A stretch of DNA of 64,000 nt, taken from Escherichia coli (GTDB lineage: Bacteria; Pseudomonadota; Gammaproteobacteria; Enterobacterales; Enterobacteriaceae). The notes below the pieces were generated by a model. That model saw nothing but the letters and a program-made list of their open reading frames with translations, did not search any database and was not told the DNA's origin. Made by a program: the position numbers and the translations under genes. The stretch is taken from assembly GCF_003790525.1 (NCBI RefSeq), contig NZ_CP033635.1, one strand, 5' to 3'. This document shows, piece after piece, positions 12,295-22,250 of this stretch. Each line of letters begins with the position of its first letter. Within the stretch, counting starts at the first letter, position 1.

Positions 12295-12336
12295 TAAACC
12301 TGTGGCGATTCAGTCTATTAAACCTGTGGCGATTCA
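12295..12336 (+). repeat. tandem direct repeat (2 x 18 bp TAAACCTGTGGCGATTCA, 24-bp period) upstream of hsdM
   Basis: Read directly from sequence at 12295-12312 and 12319-12336; possible operator/regulatory site. Confidence 0.6.
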
Positions 12337-12497
12337 CTTTATGGTGTCATAAACTTAAATCTAGCGCCGGGTAGAACAAGTTAATCGAACGATGTAGCGG
12401 CCATTTAGGCGTTACAGAAAGAACAGAATTTTAAATTTATAGTGAAGCCGTTGCAGCAACTTTGTGGGGTGCAACCAACACTGAACAGGAAAAGAAA

Positions 12498-14921
12498 ATG
12501 GATCATAGTGTACATAACAAGCTCATCTCATTTATTTGGAACATTGCCGACGACTGTTTACGTGATGTGTACGTTCGCGGTAAGTACCGCGATGTGATTT
12601 TACCTATGGTGGTATTACGACGTTTAGATACGTTACTTGAACCCACCAAAGAAGCCGTGCTTGAAGAGGTCAAGTTCCAAAAAGAAGAGATGCAAGCCAC
12701 GGAGCTTGATGATGAACCATTGAAGGCGGCTAGTGGTTATGTTTTTTACAATACATCTAAATGGACCCTGAAATCCCTGTTCAACACCGCAACGAATAAC
12801 CAACAGATATTACTCGCCAACTTTGAAGAGTACCTGCTTGGCTTTAGCGATAATGTTAAAGAAATCATTGAATGCTTTAACCTCAAGTCGCAAATTCGTC
12901 ACATGGCCTCAAAGCAAGTCCTTCTTGATGTCGTCGAAAAGTTTGTTTCCCCTTACATCAACTTAACTCATGAAACGATCGAAGACCCAGATGGCAACAA
13001 GATGCCAGCCCTTACTAACCTGGGTATGGGGTACGTGTTCGAAGAGTTGATCCGTAAGTTCAACGAGGAGAATAACGAAGAAGCCGGTGAGCACTTTACA
13101 CCTAGGGAAGTGATTGAGCTGATGACACACTTGGTTTTTGACCCAGTGAAAGAGCAGCTACCATTGACCATGACCGTTTACGACCCTGCGTGTGGTAGCG
13201 GTGGTATGCTCACTGAATCTCAAAACTTCATTGAAGAGAAATACCCGAACGACAGCCGAGATATTTACCTTTACGGCAAAGAGATCAATGACGAGACCTA
13301 CGCGATTTGTAAATCGGACATGATGATCAAAGGTAACAACCCTGAGAACATCAAGGTAGGCTCAACCTTGTCTACCGACGAGTTTGCGGCTTCTCGCTTT
13401 GACTTTATGTTGTCTAACCCGCCATACGGTAAGAGTTGGGCGTCTGAACAGAAGCATATTAAAGACGGTAGTGACGTGATTGACCCACGTTTTAAGGTTA
13501 GCCTGAAAGACTATTGGGGAAATCTCGAAGTGGTGGATGCCACGCCACGTTCAAGTGATGGCCAGCTGCTCTTTTTAATGGAAATGGTCAACAAGATGAA
13601 AGATCCGAGCGTAAGCCCATTAGGCAGCCGGATTGCTTCTGTTCATAACGGCTCATCGCTCTTTACCGGTGATGCGGGCGGTGGCGAAAGTAACATTCGT
13701 CGCTTCATCATTGAAAACGACATGCTAGATGCCATCGTTCAGTTACCAAATAACCTGTTCTACAACACCGGCATTACCACTTACATTTGGGTGTTGAACA
13801 ACAATAAACCTGAGGCACGTAAAGGTAAGGTGCAACTGATTGATGCCAGCTTGCTATACCGTAAGTTGCGTAAGAACTTAGGTAACAAAAACTGCGAATT
13901 TGCGCCTGAGCACATCACGGAAATCACCGATACTTACCTCGCGTGTGTGGACGTTGAAAGAGCACTTGATGCAAACAATGATCCTATCGGTATCGCCAGT
14001 AAGGTCTTTAGTAATGACGACTTTGGCTACTACAAAGTCACTATCGAGCGCCCAGATCGCCGCAAAGCCAAGTTTACTCAAGATGCCATAGCCCCACTGC
14101 GTTTTGATAAGCAACTTAGTGAAGTGATGGAGTACGTGTACGCAGAGCACGGCGAACGTGTTTACGAAAAAACTGGCTACGGGTCAGATCAGAAAAAGAG
14201 CTTCTTAAAATCCATCGAGAAAGACATTCTTTCTTGGTGTGAAGATAACGACATCAGTCTCAATGCTAAGGCTAAGGCCAAACTGCTTGATGTGAAACAC
14301 TGGCTGGCGCTAAAAGCATTGCTTGAAACTGCACAAACGCTGATGGCTGACATCGGTAGCATTGAATTTGATGACTTCAATAGCTTTAAAACCCAAGTTG
14401 ATAAATCGCTAAAAGCCCATGCTATTAAGCTTTCAGCACCTGAGAAAAATGCCATTCTTCACGCGGTGAGCTGGTATGACGAAACCGCCAAGAAAGTGGT
14501 TAAAAAGGTAGTTAAATTAACGGGTGATAAATTAAACGACCTGCTGGAGCGCTATGAGTGTGAAGTCGCTGACTTGCCAGATTTTGGTTATTACCCCGTT
14601 CCTTCAGCAGAAGGCGGTAAAAAAGGCGAGTATATCACTTACGAGACCAATTCAGACCTGCGAGATACAGAATCTGTTCCATTAAAGCAAAGCATTTACC
14701 AGTACTTCCTAGATGAAGTGAAGCCTCATGTCGATGAAGCATGGATAAACCTAGATACGGTAAAAATTGGCTATGAAATCAGCTTCAATAAGTATTTCTA
14801 CCGTCATAAACCGCTGCGTAGTTTAGAAGAGGTCGCAACCGACATCATCAACCTAGAACAAAAAGCCGAAGGTTTGATTGCGCAGATTCTTGGTGCGGAA
14901 GTAAAAAAGGTTCAGGGGTAA
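12498..14921 (+). CDS. hsdM: Type I restriction-modification system, methyltransferase subunit HsdM (long form with C-terminal extension)
   Basis: N6-adenine MTase motifs DPACGSGGML (motif I) and NPPYG (motif IV); ATG 12498 with RBS AGGAAAAG preferred over TTG 12462. Confidence 0.85.
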   Translation: MDHSVHNKLISFIWNIADDCLRDVYVRGKYRDVILPMVVLRRLDTLLEPTKEAVLEEVKFQKEEMQATELDDEPLKAASGYVFYNTSKWTLKSLFNTATNNQQILLANFEEYLLGFSDNVKEIIECFNLKSQIRHMASKQVLLDVVEKFVSPYINLTHETIEDPDGNKMPALTNLGMGYVFEELIRKFNEENNEEAGEHFTPREVIELMTHLVFDPVKEQLPLTMTVYDPACGSGGMLTESQNFIEEKYPNDSRDIYLYGKEINDETYAICKSDMMIKGNNPENIKVGSTLSTDEFAASRFDFMLSNPPYGKSWASEQKHIKDGSDVIDPRFKVSLKDYWGNLEVVDATPRSSDGQLLFLMEMVNKMKDPSVSPLGSRIASVHNGSSLFTGDAGGGESNIRRFIIENDMLDAIVQLPNNLFYNTGITTYIWVLNNNKPEARKGKVQLIDASLLYRKLRKNLGNKNCEFAPEHITEITDTYLACVDVERALDANNDPIGIASKVFSNDDFGYYKVTIERPDRRKAKFTQDAIAPLRFDKQLSEVMEYVYAEHGERVYEKTGYGSDQKKSFLKSIEKDILSWCEDNDISLNAKAKAKLLDVKHWLALKALLETAQTLMADIGSIEFDDFNSFKTQVDKSLKAHAIKLSAPEKNAILHAVSWYDETAKKVVKKVVKLTGDKLNDLLERYECEVADLPDFGYYPVPSAEGGKKGEYITYETNSDLRDTESVPLKQSIYQYFLDEVKPHVDEAWINLDTVKIGYEISFNKYFYRHKPLRSLEEVATDIINLEQKAEGLIAQILGAEVKKVQG

Positions 14922-14927
14922 GTCGTT

Positions 14928-16238
14928 ATGATGAAGATTTCTGAAATGCCGAAATATGACGATTATGTAGATTCTGGGGTTGAATGGTTGGGACGAGTAC
15001 CTGCTTCTTGGGAATTAACACGATTAGGCACTCGCTTTAATGAGCGTAGATCTAAAGTTTCAGACATTGACTACCCCGCACTCTCCGTAACAAAAAAAGG
15101 CGTTCTACCTCAATTAGATAATGCGGCCAAAACAAAAGATGGCGATAACAGAAAGCTAGTAAAAGAGGGTGACTTTGTTATAAATAGCCGCTCTGATCGG
15201 AAAGGTTCTAGTGGAGTATCTGACAGAGATGGATCAGTATCGCTTATAAATATAGTGCTTAAACCAAAAGGGATTCATCCAAAGTTTTCTGAGCATCTTT
15301 TGAAAAGTCATGCATTTATTGAGGAATACTATCGTGTTGGACGTGGAATTGTCGCAGATTTGTGGACTACTCGATACGATGAAATGCGGACGATTACTAT
15401 ATCTGTTCCTTCACTAGAAGAGCAAACCCGTATCGCCAACTTCCTAGACAAGAAAACCGCTCTAATCGACGAAGCGATTTCGATCAAAGAAAAGCAAATT
15501 AATCTGTTAAAAGAACATAAGCAGATCATCATCCAACAGGCGGTGACCCAAGGGCTTGATCCCAATGTGCCAATGAAAGACTCCGGTGTGGATTGGATTG
15601 GAGATATTCCAGAGCATTGGGAAGTTGTGCCTCTAAAAAGGTTGGCGGTCTTGAGCCCTTCTGTGAAAGTTTCAAATAGAAAGTCCAAAGAATTAGTTAC
15701 TTTCTTAGCGATGGAAAAGGTTTCAACAGATGGATTTATTGATCAAGATACATTAATGCCTATATGTGATGTGAGCCAAGGTTTTACGGTTTTTAACCGG
15801 GGGGATGTGATTGTTGCAAAAATTACACCTTGCTTTGAAAATGGGAAATCTGCTTGGCTTAACAATCTTCAAACTGAGTTTGGATACGGCTCAACCGAGT
15901 TTCACGTTTTAAGATGTGGTCAGAGAATTATAGGAAGTTTTCTCTACTTAATCGTTAGTTCGCCCCTTTTTCTTAATGCCGGTGAGGCTATGATGACTGG
16001 TTCAGCTGGTCAGAAGCGCGTGCCTAGTTCATTTATCCAAAACTTTCCTACCGCAATTCCCGGAGTTGCAGAGCAAGAAAAAATAGTATCAAAGGTAAAA
16101 GAGCTGTTTTCACAGATTGATGTTGTTGTGGCTTCTACGGTAAATCAAATCGAAAAGCTCAAAGAATACAAAACCACCCTGATCAACAGCGCCGTGACAG
16201 GAAAAATAAAAATCACCCCAGAAATGGTTGAGCAATAG
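14928..16238 (+). CDS. hsdS: Type I restriction-modification system, specificity subunit HsdS
   Basis: 436 aa, two-TRD architecture with conserved central and C-terminal helical regions; 6-bp gap after hsdM. Confidence 0.8.
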   Translation: MMKISEMPKYDDYVDSGVEWLGRVPASWELTRLGTRFNERRSKVSDIDYPALSVTKKGVLPQLDNAAKTKDGDNRKLVKEGDFVINSRSDRKGSSGVSDRDGSVSLINIVLKPKGIHPKFSEHLLKSHAFIEEYYRVGRGIVADLWTTRYDEMRTITISVPSLEEQTRIANFLDKKTALIDEAISIKEKQINLLKEHKQIIIQQAVTQGLDPNVPMKDSGVDWIGDIPEHWEVVPLKRLAVLSPSVKVSNRKSKELVTFLAMEKVSTDGFIDQDTLMPICDVSQGFTVFNRGDVIVAKITPCFENGKSAWLNNLQTEFGYGSTEFHVLRCGQRIIGSFLYLIVSSPLFLNAGEAMMTGSAGQKRVPSSFIQNFPTAIPGVAEQEKIVSKVKELFSQIDVVVASTVNQIEKLKEYKTTLINSAVTGKIKITPEMVEQ

Positions 16239-16247
16239 GAAGCGAAT

Positions 16248-17411
16248 ATGTTCACGGTAAATTATCAGACCAACAGGATTAGTCCGGTTAAGACGAAGAG
16301 ATTCAGTGAGTTGGGCTTTACTGAGCGCAAAAATCTTCAGGAATGGTTGGCACACGAGCCTTCCGCACTGGGTGAAGAGCTGCTGATTATTCAAAAAGAG
16401 TTCGATGGCTTTGATGACACCCGTGAACGCTTAGATTTACTGGCACTGGATAAAGATGGCAACTTGGTCATTATTGAAAACAAGCTGGACGATAGTGGCC
16501 GCGATGTGGTGTGGCAGGCGCTTAAATATGCCTCCTACTGCGCAAGTTTAACCAAAGCGCAAATCGTTGAAATTTACCAGCAGTACTTAGACCGCTATGA
16601 GCCTGTAACAGGAGAGGTTGACTTGTTTAATACCCCTGCAAGTGCCTCTGCTAGAATATGTGAGTTTTTGGATGCGCCCGATCTCGATGAGTTAAAGCTC
16701 AACCTGGGTAACAGCCAGCGCATTATGTTAGTTGCGGCAAACTTTCGCAAAGAAGTGACCAGCACCGCGCTGTGGTTATTGGGTCAAGGCATTAGCATTG
16801 CCTGCTTCAAAATCACGCCTTATTCACTGGGTGAACAGCTACTGATTAATATTGACCAGATCATTCCAACGCCAGAAGCGAAAGAGTTGATGATCGGCAT
16901 TAATGCCAAGGAAGCGGAAGAAAAAACCACCGAAGTGGTACTAAAAAACCGCCATACCGTGCGTCGCGAGTACTGGGAGCGTGCCTTAGAGGCGTTTCAG
17001 AAAAGCTCTTGCCAACTCTATAACAACATTAGCCCAAGCAAAGATCATTGGTTATCAGCAGGCTCAGGGCTAAGTGGATGTCCGTATAACCTGATATTTC
17101 TGCAAAAAGAGCTTCGAGTAGAGCTTTGGATCAGCCGTGGGGTTACCGAAGAGAATAAATACCTTTTTGATTTGTTGAGTCAGTCCAAACAAGACATTGA
17201 GCATACTTTTGGTGCAGAACTTGAGTGGATGAGGCTGGATGAGAAGAAATCTTGCCGTATCCAGTTTTCGACCAAAGCTGACGGGTTTAACAAAGAGACT
17301 TGGCCCCAAGCGGTTGCGTGGCACTTAGAGCAGATGACAAAGTTAGAAAAAGCCTTAAAAGGACCGCTGCAAAAAGCGGCTGAGGCAATGAAACAGAAGA
17401 ATTTTGATTAA
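16248..17411 (+). CDS. uncharacterised protein embedded in the Type I R-M operon; N-terminal RecB-like PD-(D/E)xK nuclease signature, C-terminal region of unknown function
   Basis: 387 aa; motifs D63, E77-x-K79 (VIIENK), Q90-x3-Y94; no Walker A; RBS AGGAAG; 9 nt after hsdS stop, 14 nt before hsdR start. Confidence 0.55.
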   Translation: MFTVNYQTNRISPVKTKRFSELGFTERKNLQEWLAHEPSALGEELLIIQKEFDGFDDTRERLDLLALDKDGNLVIIENKLDDSGRDVVWQALKYASYCASLTKAQIVEIYQQYLDRYEPVTGEVDLFNTPASASARICEFLDAPDLDELKLNLGNSQRIMLVAANFRKEVTSTALWLLGQGISIACFKITPYSLGEQLLINIDQIIPTPEAKELMIGINAKEAEEKTTEVVLKNRHTVRREYWERALEAFQKSSCQLYNNISPSKDHWLSAGSGLSGCPYNLIFLQKELRVELWISRGVTEENKYLFDLLSQSKQDIEHTFGAELEWMRLDEKKSCRIQFSTKADGFNKETWPQAVAWHLEQMTKLEKALKGPLQKAAEAMKQKNFD

Positions 17412-17425
17412 GGGAATTTACAATT

Positions 17426-20400
17426 ATGGTCAGTCAAACCAATGAACAAGCATTAGAGTCGGCCATTGAGAAATGTCTGGCTGGGATCAGTACTGAAGAG
17501 CTTAAAGAGGGACTGAGTCAGCAGTCACTGGGTGCTGGATACTTCATTGGTGCTGCTAGTGACTTTAATATGCAATATGCCATTGATGAACGTTTTTTCT
17601 GGCAATTTCTGCAAAAGACACAAGAAGTAGAGTTGGCCAAACTGCAAAAGAACAACCCCTCAGATTGGCAACGTAAGTTACTCGAACGATTTGACCGACT
17701 GATTAAGAAGCATGGCATTCTTCATTTACTTAAGAAAGGGCTAAGCGTAGACGATGCTCATTTCAATTTGCTCTATCCAGCCCCTTTGGCAAGTAGTAGT
17801 GAGAAGGTAAAGCAAAACTTTGCAGATAACGTGTTTAGTTGTACTCGCCAAGTGCGCTATTCCATGGTAAATCCCCTACAAGAAATCGACATGGTATTGT
17901 TTATCAACGGAATACCCTTGATAACGCTGGAGTTGAAGAACGCATGGACCGGGCAAACAGCACGTTATCACGGCCAAAAGCAGTATCGAGATGATCGGGA
18001 TGCAACTCAGCCATTGCTGACCTTTGGCCGCTGCCTAGTGCATATGGCGGTCGATACCGACGAAGTGTATATGACCACCAAGTTATCAGGTAGCAGTACA
18101 TTCTTCTTGCCGTTCAATAAAGGTCACAATCTTGGACAAGGCAACCCGCCGAATCCATCTGGCCATAAAACGGCATACCTATGGCAAGAAGTATTCACTA
18201 AAGACAGCTTGGCGAATATTATTCAGCATTTTGTGCGTCTGGATGGGTCAAGCAAAGATCCATTACCAAAGCGAACCCTGTTCTTTCCTCGATACCATCA
18301 ATTGGATGTGGTGAGAAAATTAGTAGACCATGCCGCCCAGCACGGTGTCGGTCAGACTTACTTAATTCAACACTCAGCCGGTTCAGGTAAGTCTAACTCG
18401 ATTACCTGGGCAGCTTATCAGCTAATTGAAACCTATCCTGCTTCGTCTGATGTGGCAGGCGGAAAAAGCTTGGAGCAGCCGTTGTTTGACTCTGTGATTG
18501 TGGTCACCGATAGACGCCTATTGGACAAGCAGCTGCGGGATAACATTAAAGAGTTTTCTGAAGTAAAGAACATTATTGCCCCAGCGAATAAGTCTTCTGA
18601 GCTTAAGCAGGCGCTGGAGAATGGCAAAAAGATTATTATAACGACGATTCAGAAATTCCCGTTCATTATTGATGGTATCGCCGATCTTAGTGACAAGCGC
18701 TTTGCAGTGATCATCGATGAAGCACACAGCTCACAGTCTGGTTCGGCGCATGACAATATGAACCGAGCGATGGGCAAGTCTGAAGTCGAAGAGGCAGAAG
18801 ATGCTCAGGATAAAATCCTTCAGGCGATGAGATCGCGTAAGATGCGCGGGAATGCGTCGTACCTGGCATTTACAGCGACACCAAAAAACAGCACTTTGGA
18901 GAAATTTGGTCAACGCCAAGAAGATGGCTCTTACAAGCCGTTTCACTTGTATTCGATGAAACAAGCCATTGAAGAAGGCTTCATCTTGGATGTGCTGGCA
19001 AATTATACGACGTACAAAAGTTATTATGAGATTGAGAAATCAATTGCTGATAACCCTGAGTTTGATACCAAAAAGGCGCAGAAAAAACTCAGAGCTTATG
19101 TAGAACGAAGCCAGCAAACAATTGATATCAAGGCAGAGATTATGCTGGAGCATTTTGTTCCGCATGTCGTGAATACGAAAAAGCTCAAAGGTAAAGGTAA
19201 AGGAATGGTGGTCACTCAAAATATTGAGGCGGCCATTCGATACTACAAAGCGATAAGGCGAATACTTGAGGAGCAAGGAAACCCGTTTAAAGTTGCCATT
19301 GCTTTCTCAGGAACCAAAGAAGTTGATGGTATTGAATATACCGAAGCAGATATTAATGGTTTTGCCGAGTCAGATACCAAAGATATGTTTGATACCGATG
19401 AGTATCGACTTTTAGTGGTTGCTAACAAGTATCTGACTGGGTTTGACCAGCCTAAGCTTTGCGCCATGTATGTAGATAAGAAGCTCGCCAGTGTCTTGTG
19501 TGTTCAGGCGCTATCTAGGCTCAATCGCAGTGCACCTAAGCTAGGGAAGAAAACAGAAGACTTGTTTATCCTGGATTTTTTCAACTCGGTTGAAGATATT
19601 CAATCAGCATTCGATCCTTTCTATACAGCAACGTCATTGTCCCAAGCTACAGATATAAACGTACTGCACGAGTTGAAAGATGAAATGGACGATGTCGGTG
19701 TGTACGAGTGGTATGAAGTTGAAGACTTTGTGACGCGTTATTTCAAGAATGAAGACGCCCAAACACTCAGTCCAATCATTGATATTGCCGCAGCGCGGTT
19801 TGACCATGAACTAGATCTTGAAGCTGAAGCTAAAGTGGACTTTAAGATTAAAGCCAAACAGTTCGTTAAAATCTATGGGCAGATGGCTTCTATCATGCCT
19901 TATGAAATGGTCAGCTGGGAAAAACTGTTTTGGTTCCTGAAGTTTTTAATACCGAAATTGAAAGTGGAAGATCCCGATGCTGATGCTATTGATGAGCTTC
20001 TCGATTCTGTCGATCTGAGTTCATACGGTTTGCAACGTGTGAAGCTTAACCACAGCATTAAACTTAGTGACCAAGAAGCGGAGCTTGATCCTCAAAATCC
20101 GAACCCACGTGGGGTGCATGGCGGTGAAAAAGAAACTGACCCGCTGGATGAAATCATTCGCACATTTAATGAGCGATGGTTCCAGGGCTGGAGTGCCACA
20201 CCTGAAGAGCAAAAGGTTAAGTTCGTGAACATCGCTGAAAGTATCCGCAATCACCCTGACTTCGAATCGAAATACAAAAACAACCCAGATCCCCATAATC
20301 GAGATTTGGCCTTCGAAAAAATGCTCAAGGAAATCATGCTGCAACGCCGTAAAGATGAACTTGAGCTCTACAAGTTGTTCGCAGGAGATTCAGCATTTAA

Positions 20401-20443
20401 AGCCTCGTGGACGCAAAGTATGCAACGAATGGTAGGTAGGTAG
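17426..20443 (+). CDS. hsdR: Type I restriction enzyme, endonuclease/translocase subunit HsdR
   Basis: 1005 aa; N-terminal PD-(D/E)xK (DMVLFINGIPLITLELK), SF2 helicase motifs GSGKS and DEAH. Confidence 0.85.
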   Translation: MVSQTNEQALESAIEKCLAGISTEELKEGLSQQSLGAGYFIGAASDFNMQYAIDERFFWQFLQKTQEVELAKLQKNNPSDWQRKLLERFDRLIKKHGILHLLKKGLSVDDAHFNLLYPAPLASSSEKVKQNFADNVFSCTRQVRYSMVNPLQEIDMVLFINGIPLITLELKNAWTGQTARYHGQKQYRDDRDATQPLLTFGRCLVHMAVDTDEVYMTTKLSGSSTFFLPFNKGHNLGQGNPPNPSGHKTAYLWQEVFTKDSLANIIQHFVRLDGSSKDPLPKRTLFFPRYHQLDVVRKLVDHAAQHGVGQTYLIQHSAGSGKSNSITWAAYQLIETYPASSDVAGGKSLEQPLFDSVIVVTDRRLLDKQLRDNIKEFSEVKNIIAPANKSSELKQALENGKKIIITTIQKFPFIIDGIADLSDKRFAVIIDEAHSSQSGSAHDNMNRAMGKSEVEEAEDAQDKILQAMRSRKMRGNASYLAFTATPKNSTLEKFGQRQEDGSYKPFHLYSMKQAIEEGFILDVLANYTTYKSYYEIEKSIADNPEFDTKKAQKKLRAYVERSQQTIDIKAEIMLEHFVPHVVNTKKLKGKGKGMVVTQNIEAAIRYYKAIRRILEEQGNPFKVAIAFSGTKEVDGIEYTEADINGFAESDTKDMFDTDEYRLLVVANKYLTGFDQPKLCAMYVDKKLASVLCVQALSRLNRSAPKLGKKTEDLFILDFFNSVEDIQSAFDPFYTATSLSQATDINVLHELKDEMDDVGVYEWYEVEDFVTRYFKNEDAQTLSPIIDIAAARFDHELDLEAEAKVDFKIKAKQFVKIYGQMASIMPYEMVSWEKLFWFLKFLIPKLKVEDPDADAIDELLDSVDLSSYGLQRVKLNHSIKLSDQEAELDPQNPNPRGVHGGEKETDPLDEIIRTFNERWFQGWSATPEEQKVKFVNIAESIRNHPDFESKYKNNPDPHNRDLAFEKMLKEIMLQRRKDELELYKLFAGDSAFKASWTQSMQRMVGR

Positions 20444-20461
20444 GTAGAAAGGAGTGATGGT

Positions 20462-20590
20462 TTGCTGAAGGCAGTCTCAGAGTTATTAGGTGGGTCACCA
20501 GGCCTGAAAGGACGTCAAATTGCCAAGGAGCTGGGGCTGGATAAGTCACAAGTGAACTCGTTTCTTCACAAACACCAGGATACGTTTTGA
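20462..20590 (+). pseudogene. truncated small ORF (winged-HTH-like) downstream of hsdR, ended by the terminal TGA of the IS911 left end
   Basis: RBS AAAGGAG then TTG; encodes LLKAVSELLGGSPGLKGRQIAKELGLDKSQVNSFLHKHQDTF; stop supplied by IS terminus at 20588-20590. Confidence 0.35.
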
Positions 20591-20933
20591 AGTGGCACAC
20601 TGAATTTGGCCACCTGAACAGAGGTGATATGCTCACCTCAGAACAACACAGGTGCTCCAATGAAAAAAAGAAATTTCAGCGCAGAGTTTAAACGCGAATC
20701 CGCTCAACTGGTTGTTGACCAGAACTACACGGTGGCAGATGTCGCCAAAGCTATGGATGTTGGCCTTTCCACAATGACAAGATGGGTCAAACAACTGCGT
20801 GATGAGCGTCAGGGCAAAACACCAAAAGCCTCTCCGATAACACCAGAACAAATCGAAATACGTGAGCTGAGGAAAAAGCTACAACGCATTGAAATGGAGA
20901 ATGAAATATTAAAAAAGGCTACTGTAGATTCAA
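20588..20933 (+). mobile_element. IS911-like element, 5' part (left IR and orfA), truncated by IS30
   Basis: Terminus TGAAGTGGCACACTGAATTTGGCCACC; Orf[52 protein letters not shown]... from ATG 20660, diverges after ...ILKKAT. Confidence 0.75.
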
Positions 20934-21685
20934 TCTGTCAATGCAACACCCCTTTCAATTATCTCTTTCGGTGTTTTGAACTTCAGTGTCTTTCTCGGTC
21001 TGTTGTTTAGCTGAGCAGCAACCAGATCTAGTTCATGTTGAGTATATTGGGCAAGACATGTCTTTTTAGGAAAGTACTGCCGAATTAGCCCATTTGTGTT
21101 CTCATTTGTTCCCCGCTGCCAAGGACTCTGAGGATCGCAGAAGTAAACTTTAACGCCGGTGCTGACAGTAAATTCTAGATGTCTGGCCAGTTCCATTCCT
21201 CTGTCCCATGTCAGTGATTTTCTGAGTTCTGACGGTAAACTCAGGAATTTGTCGGTAAGAGCCTGATTTACTGAGACAGAATCTTTGCCCCTGAGTCTAA
21301 GGATGATCGTATAACGTGATTTTCGGTCTACAAGTGTGGCTATATGAGAGTTTTTTGTACCTGAGACTAAATCGCCCTCCCAATGCCCCAGAGAGCGTCT
21401 GTTATCGATATTTCGGGAACGTTCGTGAATTGGTGTTCCGTTCACTATGTTAATCGTACCTCTTTCGCCTTTGCGGGTATGACGCCTGCCATGGCGAAGG
21501 CTATGCGACCGTCGCAGATGCTGTATATTCAGGTGGTGTAGCGCTTCACGGCTACGAAAGTACAGCGTTTTATAAATTGTCTCAGGTGATATTCGCAGCG
21601 TTTTTTGACGTGGTTTTGTTCGCCTTAACCATCCTGATATTTGCTCTGGAGACCATTTCATCTCCAGCTTTTCCAGAACAAGGTA
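20926..21685 (-). mobile_element. IS30 fragment (3' about 60 percent, including right end), inserted into IS911 orfA
   Basis: Minus-strand product matches IS30 transposase from ...LVLEKLEMKWSPEQISGWL... to C-terminus; N-terminal HTH region absent. Confidence 0.8.
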
Positions 21686-22250
21686 AGCGTAAACCGACCG
21701 CCGTATGTAGCCATTAGACAAGAATTGGTAACTTAGACGCCCATCTGACACAGACGGACATCTAAGTATGGAATTACAGGACTGGCGAAAAGAACCTCTA
21801 AAAAGTATTCGAATGAATTCAAACTTCGTATGATTGACTGGCATCACAACCCGGTGCTTGTGTGGCCCAGATTGCTCGAGAAAATGGCGTCAATGATAAT
21901 GTTATTTTCAAATGGCTCAGACTTTGGCAAAACGAAGGGCGTATATCGCGGCGTCTTCCGGTAACAACCTCTTCTGACACTGGCGTTGAATTATTACCTG
22001 TGGAGATAACGCCGGATGAGCCGCAAGAACCGGTGGCTGCTCTTACTCCGTCTTTATCCACCCAGACTACTGTCAGTGCCAGCTCCTGCAAGGTGGAGTT
22101 CCGTCACGGTAACATGACGCTGGAAAATCCTTCACCAGATCTGCTCACAGTGTTGCTCCGTGAACTGAGCGGGAGGGGACAATGATCTCACTCCCGTCAG
22201 GTACCCGCATCTGGCTGGGTGCCGGCATTACCGATATGCGTAAATCCTTC
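21686..22250 (+). mobile_element. IS66-family remnant (frameshifted orfA, truncated orfB start)
   Basis: ...AQIARENGVNDNVIFKWLRLWQNEGR... and MISLPSGTRIWLGAGITDMRKSFNG then premature stop; boundaries approximate. Confidence 0.6.

Noticed and set aside
12462-12497. TTG start for hsdM as given by the ORF track
   Set aside because: Downstream ATG at 12498 has a better-placed RBS (AGGAAAAG)
16248-17411. Identification of the hsd-embedded ORF as anticodon nuclease PrrC or RloC
   Set aside because: No Walker A/B ATPase motifs; nuclease-like signature is N-terminal, unlike PrrC
21819-22185. Intact IS66 orfA (107 aa) and a 90-aa minus-strand ORF
   Set aside because: Upstream orfA segment is in a different frame and the following orfB is truncated after 29 codons, so this is an IS66 remnant; the minus ORF is antisense
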